From Parcubacteria group bacterium (GTDB taxonomy: Bacteria > Patescibacteriota > Minisyncoccia > Phycocordibacterales > UBA2100): DNA of 64,000 nucleotides. The DNA lies in contig CALRGX010000001.1 of the NCBI GenBank assembly GCA_943358385.1, positions 2,380-66,379 on the forward strand. Reading direction: 5' to 3'. The stretch's first letter is position 1, and every line of letters begins with the position of its first letter. A model generated the notes under the pieces. That model was given only the letters and a program-made list of their open reading frames with translations. It ran no database searches and was not told the DNA's origin. The position numbers and the translations under genes are program-made. Below are positions 47,819-56,310 of this stretch, in pieces.

Positions 47819-48012
47819 GTCTGGGGAAGCGGCCGTTCGGCCATGTAAAGAACGTAATCCGGCTTGGGCGCTCTTTTCTGGATGAGAATCGGCCACCGCC
47901 GATGCATCATTTGTGTCGCCACTTGGCGACACGCCAGTAAGAGCTGTGCACAGGGTACGTCTTTCAAGGTACCCACCCCTCTGGGACAATAGGGGGTACT
48001 TACTCACTTTTC

Positions 48013-49920
48013 ATGAAAAAAACGATTATAGGAATGTTTCTCGTGGTCGCGCTGGTGATGCCATTTGCATCGTCGGCTCTTACCGTGGATGACGTACAAA
48101 CACAAATAAACGCACTCCTCTCTCAAATTCGCATGTTGCAAGAACAGCTGGCGCAACTGACTAATGGCGGTGCTGTACTATCTCCCCCTACACTCCCGAA
48201 TCCTCCTCAACGGTGCTATCCAATAAATCGCGTGCTCCGTTACGGCCACCAAGGGGACGATGTACGTGCCCTTCAAGAACGCCTCCAGGAACAGGGTATA
48301 TTTACTGGTGAGGCAACGGGCTTTTTTGGGGCTGCTACTCAGGCTGCGGTGCAGCAGCTGCAAGCGAATGAGGGCATTGTTACCGGCGGATCGCCTGATA
48401 CTACTGGATACGGCTCAGTTGGCCCACGCACATCGCGACGAATCTGGATATGCGACGGCGGTGTCGACCCATACCCTAGCCATCTACAGTTACGCGCAAC
48501 GCCACAACAAGGCTCGGCGCCATTGTGGGTCTCTTTTGAGACGCGCATCGGTGGCCTACGCATGGCAAATCCATCGTACCTGATTGATTTTGGAGACGGT
48601 ACCTCTGAGCGACCAACGGAGTGTTTTGCACCTGCAGATGCGTGTGTAAATGCAGGGATAAATAAACATCTCTATCAGAATGAAGGTACGTATGTAGCAC
48701 GACTACTCGAAGTGACGGATGGTTGCAATGGCATACCAGGATGTATGGCCCCAGTGAGTCAACGCGAGCTTTCGTCAGTGCGTATAAAAGTTGGTGGAGA
48801 AGTTGCATGTATGACGGTTGAGTATCAAAGGCCTATTTGTGGACCTGGCGAAGAGGCACGACCTGTGAATTCAGGCAGTCAATGTCCAGGCCCATGGCAA
48901 TGCGTACCTGTAGAAGCGCCTGCACAGTGCAAAGTGTGGTACGACGGTTGTAACACCTGTAGCCGCACCTCACCCGGAGGTATGATGGCGTGCACGATGA
49001 TGTACTGTTTTGCGCACAATCAACCGATGTGTCGTGAGTACTTTGATGGTTCCACAGGGAACAGGCCACCAGTCATTTCAGGATTCGCAGGGCCAACGGT
49101 ACTCTACACCAATCAGTCAGGCACGTGGAAAATAGATGCAGCGGATCCAGAAAATCAATCACTCTCGTACAGAATTTCCTGGGGCGACGAAGGGGGTGTG
49201 TCTGCAAACAATGCACAAGGAGTGATGGACCTTGGTCGTCCTGTAGTGCAAAACACGACGTTCACTCACGCCTACAGTACGCCGGGTACCTACACCATCT
49301 CTATAACAGTCCAAGATATCGGCGGGCAGAGCGCTGTTACCACGACAACGGTCCGTGTCGAAGGAAGTGTTACGAGCGCCGATCTTGACGTCTCGCCCAA
49401 GAGTGGGAACGCGCCACTCACAGTTACTTTTTCTACAAAGGGAACAACCTCATCGTGGATGGAAGGCAATCAGATGGTGCAGCTAGCAGACGGTGGTACG
49501 CGTTATATTGAATTTGGTGATGGGTCGGTGCAGCGTCTTGACTGTCCGACGCCGGCTTATAGTTCGACGTGTGTGCTTCGCATTAGTCACACCTACAGCC
49601 AACAAGGGATTTATATCGCGAAATTGTTTGTGGCTGGATACTATGGCGTGCAAAATGATGCGGTCTACGGCACACGCAGCGACATTGCACAGGCTAAAGT
49701 CCAGGTATTTGGACCAGTCGCGGGAGGCGGAGATGTGTGTACGGCACAGTACAATCCTGTATGCGCAACAAAAACAATGTGTTCGGTAAGCGCTAATAAT
49801 GGGTCGGGAAACCAGTACCCAGCGCAGTGTTACTTGCAGCGGAAGACGTATTCAAGTTCATGTTTTGCTGAGGCAGATGGGGCTACTGTGGAGCACCAAG
49901 GAACTTGCGAAGTCTACTAA
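48013..49920 (+). CDS. secreted multidomain protein: signal peptide + peptidoglycan-binding domain + PKD-like repeats + Kazal-like Cys-rich C-terminus
   Basis: SP MKKTIIGMFLVVALVMPFASSA. PG_binding_1-like LRYGHQGDDVRALQERLQEQGIFTGEATGFFGAATQAAVQQLQ. A PKD-like block YRISWGDEGG...FTHAYSTPGTYTISITVQD. A C-terminal CTAQYNPVCATKT...CYLQRKTYSSSCFAEADGATVEHQGTCE resembling a Kazal inhibitor domain. Confidence 0.6.
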   Translation: MKKTIIGMFLVVALVMPFASSALTVDDVQTQINALLSQIRMLQEQLAQLTNGGAVLSPPTLPNPPQRCYPINRVLRYGHQGDDVRALQERLQEQGIFTGEATGFFGAATQAAVQQLQANEGIVTGGSPDTTGYGSVGPRTSRRIWICDGGVDPYPSHLQLRATPQQGSAPLWVSFETRIGGLRMANPSYLIDFGDGTSERPTECFAPADACVNAGINKHLYQNEGTYVARLLEVTDGCNGIPGCMAPVSQRELSSVRIKVGGEVACMTVEYQRPICGPGEEARPVNSGSQCPGPWQCVPVEAPAQCKVWYDGCNTCSRTSPGGMMACTMMYCFAHNQPMCREYFDGSTGNRPPVISGFAGPTVLYTNQSGTWKIDAADPENQSLSYRISWGDEGGVSANNAQGVMDLGRPVVQNTTFTHAYSTPGTYTISITVQDIGGQSAVTTTTVRVEGSVTSADLDVSPKSGNAPLTVTFSTKGTTSSWMEGNQMVQLADGGTRYIEFGDGSVQRLDCPTPAYSSTCVLRISHTYSQQGIYIAKLFVAGYYGVQNDAVYGTRSDIAQAKVQVFGPVAGGGDVCTAQYNPVCATKTMCSVSANNGSGNQYPAQCYLQRKTYSSSCFAEADGATVEHQGTCEVY

Positions 49921-49933
49921 ATTCCACGCTTAG

Positions 49934-49970
49934 AAAAACAAGCCCCCGGTTTTGCCGGGGGCTTGTTTTT
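49934..49970. terminator. bidirectional terminator
   Basis: aaaaacaagcccccgg-tttg-ccgggggcttgttttt. Confidence 0.7.
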
Positions 49971-49977
49971 GGGCGGG

Positions 49978-50442
49978 TCAGCTATTTCTAATACGTTCTG
50001 CAATCTCTGTGAGTTGTGCGTCGTCTGCACGCTCGGCGTCATGCGACGACATATACCCTTCATACACAGTGAAAAACTTTTGCTCGTGGCTTTTGTGTTG
50101 CCTCCAAGATTCATCCGAAGTGCCATGCATCGGGAAGATTTTCGCATGCAAGTGATTCACTCCAAAACCCTCAAACATGAATCCAGTGCGCCCCACGTCC
50201 GGGAAAGCTGCATCAATTTTTCTGGCGACGATACGTGCGGCTTTGAAAATGCCGTCGGCCACTTCTTCAGACACCGCGGCGACGTAACTATCCTGGTGTT
50301 CCTTCGTAATAACGACTGTGAAACCTTCGGTATTTGGGAAAATGGAAAGGAATGCCAGGTGCTTTTCGTCTTCCCAGACCTTGTGGCAAGGAGCTTCTCC
50401 TTGCGCAATCTTGCAAAAAATACAATCAGCAATGTGTTTCAT
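49978..50442 (-). CDS. HIT-family (histidine triad) hydrolase
   Basis: CIFCKI N-terminus and the HIT motif VNHLHAKIF. Confidence 0.8.
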   Translation of the reverse strand: MKHIADCIFCKIAQGEAPCHKVWEDEKHLAFLSIFPNTEGFTVVITKEHQDSYVAAVSEEVADGIFKAARIVARKIDAAFPDVGRTGFMFEGFGVNHLHAKIFPMHGTSDESWRQHKSHEQKFFTVYEGYMSSHDAERADDAQLTEIAERIRNS

Positions 50443-50495
50443 GGGGAAAGTATAGCAAAAGAGTGGCGGCAAACCGTAGGTTTGCCGCTGTGAGC

Positions 50496-50873
50496 TTACT
50501 CTGCGTGGTGCTCAATGAGGGAGATGTCTTCCTTCTTTTTTATCAGTGCAATAGCTCGGTCGGCACGAAACGCATGTATGCGTTCAACAACGTTTACCAT
50601 GTGAGCGACGCTCGTGGCGCTTGGGTCCCAATCGCTTTTTGCATGCAGTGTGGTAACACGAACGGCAATTTTAGCGAGCAGTTGCAGGTCACGCTGCGAG
50701 AGTTTGGGAAGGAGAATTTCAAGGTCGCTCGGTGTAGTCAGCCAGCGCAGCCAATACTTAATAACTGACTTCTGTTTGTCAGAAAGGTCGTGCACATCTC
50801 TCCCAATACTGCGGCTGTAGATGGTGCCCACTTTGTCGAGTAGGGAAAGATCGATACATCCTAGTGCGTACAT
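50496..50873 (-). CDS. hypothetical protein (125 aa)
   Basis: GGAGG 5 nt upstream of the chosen ATG (MYALGC...). No motif recognised. Confidence 0.45.
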   Translation of the reverse strand: MYALGCIDLSLLDKVGTIYSRSIGRDVHDLSDKQKSVIKYWLRWLTTPSDLEILLPKLSQRDLQLLAKIAVRVTTLHAKSDWDPSATSVAHMVNVVERIHAFRADRAIALIKKKEDISLIEHHAE

Positions 50874-50990
50874 AGCTTCCTCCTTGTTTCCGCTAAGTAT
50901 TAAACAGTGTGCGCACATTTTAAGTAAATTTGTGCGCATTTTATGCACATATAGTGTTCAATAATGAATATTATTGCGTATAATACGAGT

Positions 50991-51482
50991 ATGATCGCAA
51001 GGAAGCTTCCACGGAAGGTGCCTCTCGACGAGAAAGACAAAGCTATTTTGAGTGCGCTTTTGCGCGATCCGCGCACCTCAACGGCCGAAGTTGCTCGCAA
51101 AACTGGCGTGCAACGCGACACAGTGCTTCATCGGGTAGAGAAAATGGAAAAGCGCGGGCTCATATCCAAATACCACACTATTATTGAACCGGAGGCCTTG
51201 GGTATGTCGATGTTCGTTCTCGTCCTCATTAAAGCAGAGCCTGTTTCTCACGACATACTCGGAGTATTTGTTGAAAAGTTAGTAGCGCATGCACATGTTA
51301 CCCATGTGGCGCGTCTTGTGGGGAACTACGATTATTTTGTTCAAGTTGCAGCAGAAGACATTGCGCAGCTTGATGGGGTGCTGAGTGACATAAAGCGTAT
51401 GGGGCAAGGTGTTATTCGTGATGTGGAAGTGGCAAATATCATTGATGGACTCAAAACCGACGACTTCTCAGCATTGGTGTAG
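50991..51482 (+). CDS. Lrp/AsnC-family transcriptional regulator
   Basis: N-terminal HTH (LDEKDKAILSALLRDPRTSTAEVARKTGV) plus a C-terminal RAM domain. Confidence 0.8.
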   Translation: MIARKLPRKVPLDEKDKAILSALLRDPRTSTAEVARKTGVQRDTVLHRVEKMEKRGLISKYHTIIEPEALGMSMFVLVLIKAEPVSHDILGVFVEKLVAHAHVTHVARLVGNYDYFVQVAAEDIAQLDGVLSDIKRMGQGVIRDVEVANIIDGLKTDDFSALV

Positions 51483-51501
51483 CAGGTGATACCATGCGCA
51501 C

Positions 51502-53169
51502 ATGGTGTTGCCTGATTTCATTACGAAGCTCTTGGACGAGCGGGGTGTCATAACAGATAACGATAAGACTGCCTTTCTTTCGCCAGATTTCCTGCAAGGG
51601 ACACACGGTGCGTTTCTCTTGGCGGACATTCGTGCCGCAGCACTACGCGTAGTAGAAGCGTGTGAACGAAAAGAAAAAATTGCCATCTATGCTGATTTTG
51701 ATGCTGACGGTATCCCCGGGGCGGTCATCCTCCATGATTTCTTTACTAAAATTGGCGTACAGCCCATTGTATACATTCCGCATCGGCACAATGAGGGATA
51801 TGGTCTCCATCCTGCGGCAATTGAAAAACTGCACGAACAAGGCGTCACGCTACTTATTACAGTAGACGTAGGCATCAGTGGCCACGAGGGGGCACGACGC
51901 GCGCAAGCGTTGGGTATCGACCTCTTAATCACCGATCATCACGAACTGCCTGCAGAACTTCCTGCGGCGTATGCCATTGTGCATCCGCGGCTCATCTCTG
52001 AAGAAACAAAGGCGCAGTATCCCTTCGTACATTTATGTGGTGCCGCGGTTGCGTTCAAGCTGGTACAGGCGACACTCGCTGTTGGCAGAGAGCAGAAAAT
52101 TTCTACATATCTCGCTGTACCAGAAGGGTGGGAGAAATGGCTCTTGGATATGGTAGGGATTGCGACACTCTCCGACATGGTGCCCTTGAAAGGAGAGAAT
52201 CGTGTGCTCGCCAGTTTCGGTCTGATGGTCTTGCGTAAATCACCACGTAAAGGGCTGAAAGCACTCTGTAAGAAAAATCGTATAGACCAGCGATCACTCA
52301 CCGAAGAGGATATAGGATTTACCATCACGCCGCGTATTAATGCTGCCTCGAGAATGGATGAGCCTGAGTTGGCCTTTCGCCTACTCGCGACCCAAGACAT
52401 GGAGGAAGCTGAACTGCTAGCAGCAACATTGGAGAAGTTAAACACTAAACGCAAAGGGGCCGTTGCATCGGTAGTCAAAATAGCCCGGGCAAAAGTGCTC
52501 GAAAGGCACCCTGATGATTTTGTGGCAGTGGTAGGAGACCCTTCGTGGAAACCAGCTCTCCTTGGTCTTGCGGCCAACTCGCTACTCGACGGACGCAAGG
52601 GGGTGGTGTGTCTCTGGGGAAGAGACGGTACCGGGATGTTGAAAGGGTCGTGTCGTTCTGATGGGAGCGTGCATGTGACCGAGATGTTCGCTGCCGCCGG
52701 TGTAGCGTTAGAAGAATCTGGTGGACACGCTTGTGCCGGCGGCTTTTCAGTGTCCTTGGATGAAGTACACACACTTCATACGCATTTTTCTCGGGTGGCA
52801 CGCACGGTACCTGCCGCGCCGGCAACCGTATCCGTGCCACACGCTATTCATCCGCGCGAGCTGACCTATGCATTGTATGAGTCACTGCGCATTCTTGCTC
52901 CCTTTGGGGTGGGGAATGAGAAGCCGCAGCTTGAGCTCCCAGACGTATTAATAGAGGAGGTACGCATTTTCGGGAAGGAGGGAAATCATACAGAGATTAT
53001 CGTATCAAAAGATGGCTACCGTATTCGCGCCTTCCAATTTTTTAAGACGCCTGATGATTTCACCAAGTTGCCCACTGTAGGTGAGACGTGCACTTTGCGG
53101 GGCTCAGTCGAGCGGGACCAGTTTAAAGGGATACGCAAAGTTGCGCTACGCACAGTGGACGTACGCTGA
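51502..53169 (+). CDS. recJ: single-stranded-DNA-specific exonuclease RecJ
   Basis: DHH motifs (IYADFDADGI, TDHH) and a DHHA1 domain. Confidence 0.85.
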   Translation: MVLPDFITKLLDERGVITDNDKTAFLSPDFLQGTHGAFLLADIRAAALRVVEACERKEKIAIYADFDADGIPGAVILHDFFTKIGVQPIVYIPHRHNEGYGLHPAAIEKLHEQGVTLLITVDVGISGHEGARRAQALGIDLLITDHHELPAELPAAYAIVHPRLISEETKAQYPFVHLCGAAVAFKLVQATLAVGREQKISTYLAVPEGWEKWLLDMVGIATLSDMVPLKGENRVLASFGLMVLRKSPRKGLKALCKKNRIDQRSLTEEDIGFTITPRINAASRMDEPELAFRLLATQDMEEAELLAATLEKLNTKRKGAVASVVKIARAKVLERHPDDFVAVVGDPSWKPALLGLAANSLLDGRKGVVCLWGRDGTGMLKGSCRSDGSVHVTEMFAAAGVALEESGGHACAGGFSVSLDEVHTLHTHFSRVARTVPAAPATVSVPHAIHPRELTYALYESLRILAPFGVGNEKPQLELPDVLIEEVRIFGKEGNHTEIIVSKDGYRIRAFQFFKTPDDFTKLPTVGETCTLRGSVERDQFKGIRKVALRTVDVR

Positions 53170-53198
53170 GGCACTCTGCGGTGGTACACTGTGCGCAT

Positions 53199-53819
53199 AT
53201 GAAAGACCTCACTATAAAAGCACTGTTTACGTGGGCGTGGGAGAAATTTACTCAGCGACCGTGGGCGTTTATTGGCCTGTTTGCCGGAGCACTCATTGTC
53301 TCAGGCATCTCCTCAGCAATCCTCAGTTCTGCTGAGGGTGTGGCCGGGCTCTACCAGCTCCTGTGGTTGGGTGACTATGCTGTGCAAACGCTTGTGTCGA
53401 TGGGGATCATGGCAATCGGCCTCAAAGCCTACAAAGACACGGCTCATCTATCAATTCACGATTTGTGGCATCCGAAACGATTCGTCCCGTATCTTTTTGC
53501 GACACTGCTGACTGGCATTACGGTGATCGTGGGCCTGGTGCTCTTGATTGTACCTGGACTTGTTGCCATGACGATGTTTATGTTTGCTCCGTACCTCGTT
53601 CTTGATAAGGGCATGAGCCCAGTTGACGCTATGAAGCACAGCATGAAGATGACAGAAGGGCATCGCATGTCGTTGTTTGTTTTTCTCCTCGCCATGATCG
53701 GTATCAACATACTCGGTGCACTTCTCATTGGTGTCGGGCTTCTGGTTTCGGTACCGGTGTCCCTCTTGGCAACAGTGCGTGCGTATCGCTTGCTTGAAGC
53801 GATGCCAAAGTCTGCATAG
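53199..53819 (+). CDS. hypothetical polytopic membrane protein
   Basis: Five to six predicted TM helices. Resembles DUF975-type membrane proteins (weak). Confidence 0.45.
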   Translation: MKDLTIKALFTWAWEKFTQRPWAFIGLFAGALIVSGISSAILSSAEGVAGLYQLLWLGDYAVQTLVSMGIMAIGLKAYKDTAHLSIHDLWHPKRFVPYLFATLLTGITVIVGLVLLIVPGLVAMTMFMFAPYLVLDKGMSPVDAMKHSMKMTEGHRMSLFVFLLAMIGINILGALLIGVGLLVSVPVSLLATVRAYRLLEAMPKSA

Positions 53820-53820
53820 C

Positions 53821-54237
53821 ATGGGAGTGGTCGTGTTTTCAGATGGTGGTGCGCGCAATAATCCCGGGCCTTCTGGCATCGGGGTTGTTGTATATAAAGA
53901 CGACCAGAAAGTTCTCGAGCTCGCCGAGTACTTGGGGGAGCAAACAAACAACTGGGCTGAATATCAAGGAGTCATTCGCGGTTTGGAAAAGTTGATTGAG
54001 CAAGGCTTGCAAGAAGAGCAAGTGGAAGTCCGCATGGACAGCAAGTTGGTCATTGAGCAGTTGCTCGGACACTGGAAGATTAAAGAGCTCGGTCTTCAAG
54101 AGCAGGCGCGGCGCGCGAAGATACTGATGCAATCATTTCCTGCACTCGATTTTACGCATATTCCGAGAGAAAAAAATAAAGAAGCCGACCTGCTCGCGAA
54201 CGCGGCAATGGATCAGGGGATGGGCATACAGGTGTAA
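53821..54237 (+). CDS. rnhA: ribonuclease HI
   Basis: VFSDGGARNNPGPSGIGVVV (Asp), NNWAEYQG (Glu), and the MDSKLV and KNKEADLLAN (Asp) motifs. Starts 2 nt after the previous stop. Confidence 0.85.
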   Translation: MGVVVFSDGGARNNPGPSGIGVVVYKDDQKVLELAEYLGEQTNNWAEYQGVIRGLEKLIEQGLQEEQVEVRMDSKLVIEQLLGHWKIKELGLQEQARRAKILMQSFPALDFTHIPREKNKEADLLANAAMDQGMGIQV

Positions 54238-54296
54238 AGTGTAGGCTTTTCGTATACCATTGCCACATTACTTGAGTATGTAGCTACCTATATATT

Positions 54297-54614
54297 ATGC
54301 CTACAACAGTTGCGCCAGGAGGTTTTGCAGGGTTCATGCAATTTATCCGAGAACAGGGTGTCGTTGGTCTTGCGGTCGGTTTTATTCTCGGGGGCGCAGT
54401 ATCAAAGGTTGTGTCTGCATTAGTGAACGACATTGTGAACCCACTTCTCGGCGCGGTTCTTGGGTCAACTGAAGGTTTGAAGGCGATGAAGCTTGGTCCC
54501 GTACTTTTGGGAGATTTCGTTTCAGTTGCTATTGATTTCATCATCATTGCGGCAGTGGTCTACTTTGTAGTGAAAGGGCTTGGGTTAGACAAGATGGACG
54601 TGAAGAAGACGTAG
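54297..54614 (+). CDS. mscL: large-conductance mechanosensitive channel
   Basis: GFMQFIREQGVVGLAVGFILGGAVSKVVSALVNDIVNPLL matches the MscL TM1 consensus. Confidence 0.8.
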   Translation: MPTTVAPGGFAGFMQFIREQGVVGLAVGFILGGAVSKVVSALVNDIVNPLLGAVLGSTEGLKAMKLGPVLLGDFVSVAIDFIIIAAVVYFVVKGLGLDKMDVKKT

Positions 54615-54629
54615 ATTTCAGTTTGTTTC

Positions 54630-54657
54630 AAACAGCGGCCTATATAGGCCGCTGTTT
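54630..54657 (+). terminator. terminator hairpin
   Basis: aaacagcggcc-tatata-ggccgctgttt. Confidence 0.65.
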
Positions 54658-54720
54658 GCTTCCGCGCTTTGGTCCATGGTATATGAAAAGTAGCTACTCT
54701 TTAGCAGAAAAGGAAAGGTG

Positions 54721-55287
54721 ATGTCACAGGCTAGCCTAGAAGAAGTGGCAGAGCGCTATGCGCGCTTCTGCCAGATGCTCGTACCACCACGCTTTGGTGC
54801 AGAACGGTACACGGGAGCTTTTGCCGAGTTTGAAGAACTCTGCAGGCATCCATTAGTGGCAGGATGTTCAATCTCCGAAAGAGCCGTGCACATCGGGACA
54901 GAGTTTTTAACGGGTACGGCAGGCGGGGATGTGTATGACATTGGGGAATTCATCCTCACTGTTTCAAAGGATGCGGTCACCTGGGAGAACATAACAAAAA
55001 CTTCAGGTTCGCATCATGCACCATGTATAAGTTCTGCCAAAGTACTATGCGGCGATCCAGAATTGAACAACAGAATACGGCACGCGCTAAAAGATGGGCT
55101 CCTGCATGAAGTATTTTTCAACATGATCGACGCTGCTCAGCGAGATGGTTATCTTGCGCCTCTCGCGAAATCCTGGCCCAAAAGTTCGCGGCCGCATGTT
55201 TCCGCGTTATCACCCAAACGGGTGATAGTCGCGACACCTGTGGAAAAGCAAGTGAAACCGTTGTTTACCTGGAGGTTGTGGAAATGA
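54721..55287 (+). CDS. hypothetical protein; candidate UBC/E2-like fold partner of the downstream E1-like enzyme
   Basis: Predicted secondary-structure order: helix, four-strand meander, then SGSHHAPCISSAKVLCGD (an HPN-like flap plus a Cys in an LCGD context), then two helices. The stop overlaps the next gene's ATG (ATGA). Confidence 0.45.
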   Translation: MSQASLEEVAERYARFCQMLVPPRFGAERYTGAFAEFEELCRHPLVAGCSISERAVHIGTEFLTGTAGGDVYDIGEFILTVSKDAVTWENITKTSGSHHAPCISSAKVLCGDPELNNRIRHALKDGLLHEVFFNMIDAAQRDGYLAPLAKSWPKSSRPHVSALSPKRVIVATPVEKQVKPLFTWRLWK

Positions 55288-55964
55288 ACTTCTCGCGTCA
55301 AGAATCACGATTCAATCCTGCACAGTTTGCGCTCAAAGTTGCCGTTATTGGACTTGGAGGAGTTGGTGGCGACGTGGTGTACGAACTGGTAAAGCATGGA
55401 GTCAGTGGAGTTGTGGGGTTCGACCACGATACGGTTGCACCAGAGAATCCACCGGGGCAGCTCTATCGAGTTCGCGACGCAGGTCAACAGAAGGCAACGG
55501 TCTTGCGAGATATAGTCGTTGAGTTTGCAGACGGCGAATTCACCGGTTTTGCTCACAAGGTCATCGAAGAGTTGCCTGAAGCGGACGTGCTGTTTCTGTG
55601 TGTAGACGACATGGGTGCCCGAAAGAGCATTATGCACGCTGCTTTTCGGTCGACGGGTGTCAGATTGGTAATTGAAACACGGGTCGACGCTGACTCGGTC
55701 GTGGTGTTCACCGTCATCCCTCAAAATGTTGAACATCAAGAGTTATGGGATCACTATTGGTTTCCCAATGAAGAGGCTGAGAATAATGGCGGATGTTCAG
55801 TCCCCACGTCACTTGGGGTTACGTCATCTATCGCTGCGCAGATAGCAGTCAATCAGCTCTTCAACTGGTTCGGAAACGGCGAGAAGGATCTTGCACTTGT
55901 TAGTGACCATCACATTGTGGTCACCTTGCGACCCCAATTCACGGCGCGCGCTGCCACGTGGTGA
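55284..55964 (+). CDS. ThiF/MoeB/HesA-family E1-like adenylyltransferase (short form)
   Basis: Rossmann motif VAVIGLGGVGG, a block (VDDMGARKSIMHAAF) aligned to the ThiF-family Arg-finger region, and C-terminal GGCSVPTSLG. GGAGG 8 nt upstream of the ATG. Confidence 0.7.
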   Translation: MNFSRQESRFNPAQFALKVAVIGLGGVGGDVVYELVKHGVSGVVGFDHDTVAPENPPGQLYRVRDAGQQKATVLRDIVVEFADGEFTGFAHKVIEELPEADVLFLCVDDMGARKSIMHAAFRSTGVRLVIETRVDADSVVVFTVIPQNVEHQELWDHYWFPNEEAENNGGCSVPTSLGVTSSIAAQIAVNQLFNWFGNGEKDLALVSDHHIVVTLRPQFTARAATW

Positions 55965-56086
55965 CGGAGATCGCATCGTGTTTGACAACATCATGTCACT
56001 CGGTATGCTGGAAACAGCCTGCTGTACATCCATGGTGTCTACGCGCAGGTACTCGACAACCGTAGACATACAGAAGGAGCAAGAAC

Positions 56087-56237
56087 ATGGCACGAATGAC
56101 GGAAAAACTCGAATCGCTCGGCCACGCCGTGGCCTTGTCTGACAAAGTTTCCATCGTTGCCGTTGTTTCATCTCAAGGCAGTGTCCCGACGGCCGATGCG
56201 AAGCTTCAGATTTCGCCGAAGGTTTCGTCGAGCTGAC
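56087..56237 (+). CDS. possible small protein (49 aa) downstream of the E1-like gene
   Basis: AGGAG 8 nt upstream of the ATG. Sequence MARMTEKLESLGHAVALSDKVSIVAVVSSQGSVPTADAKLQISPKVSSS. A 12-bp hairpin follows at 56258-56284. Confidence 0.35.
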
Positions 56238-56310
56238 GTTCGCCGGCAGACGATCCGCAGCCTCCTTCATTGAAGGAGGCTGCACTCATTTCCCTTGCTA
56301 CCATTTCGGT

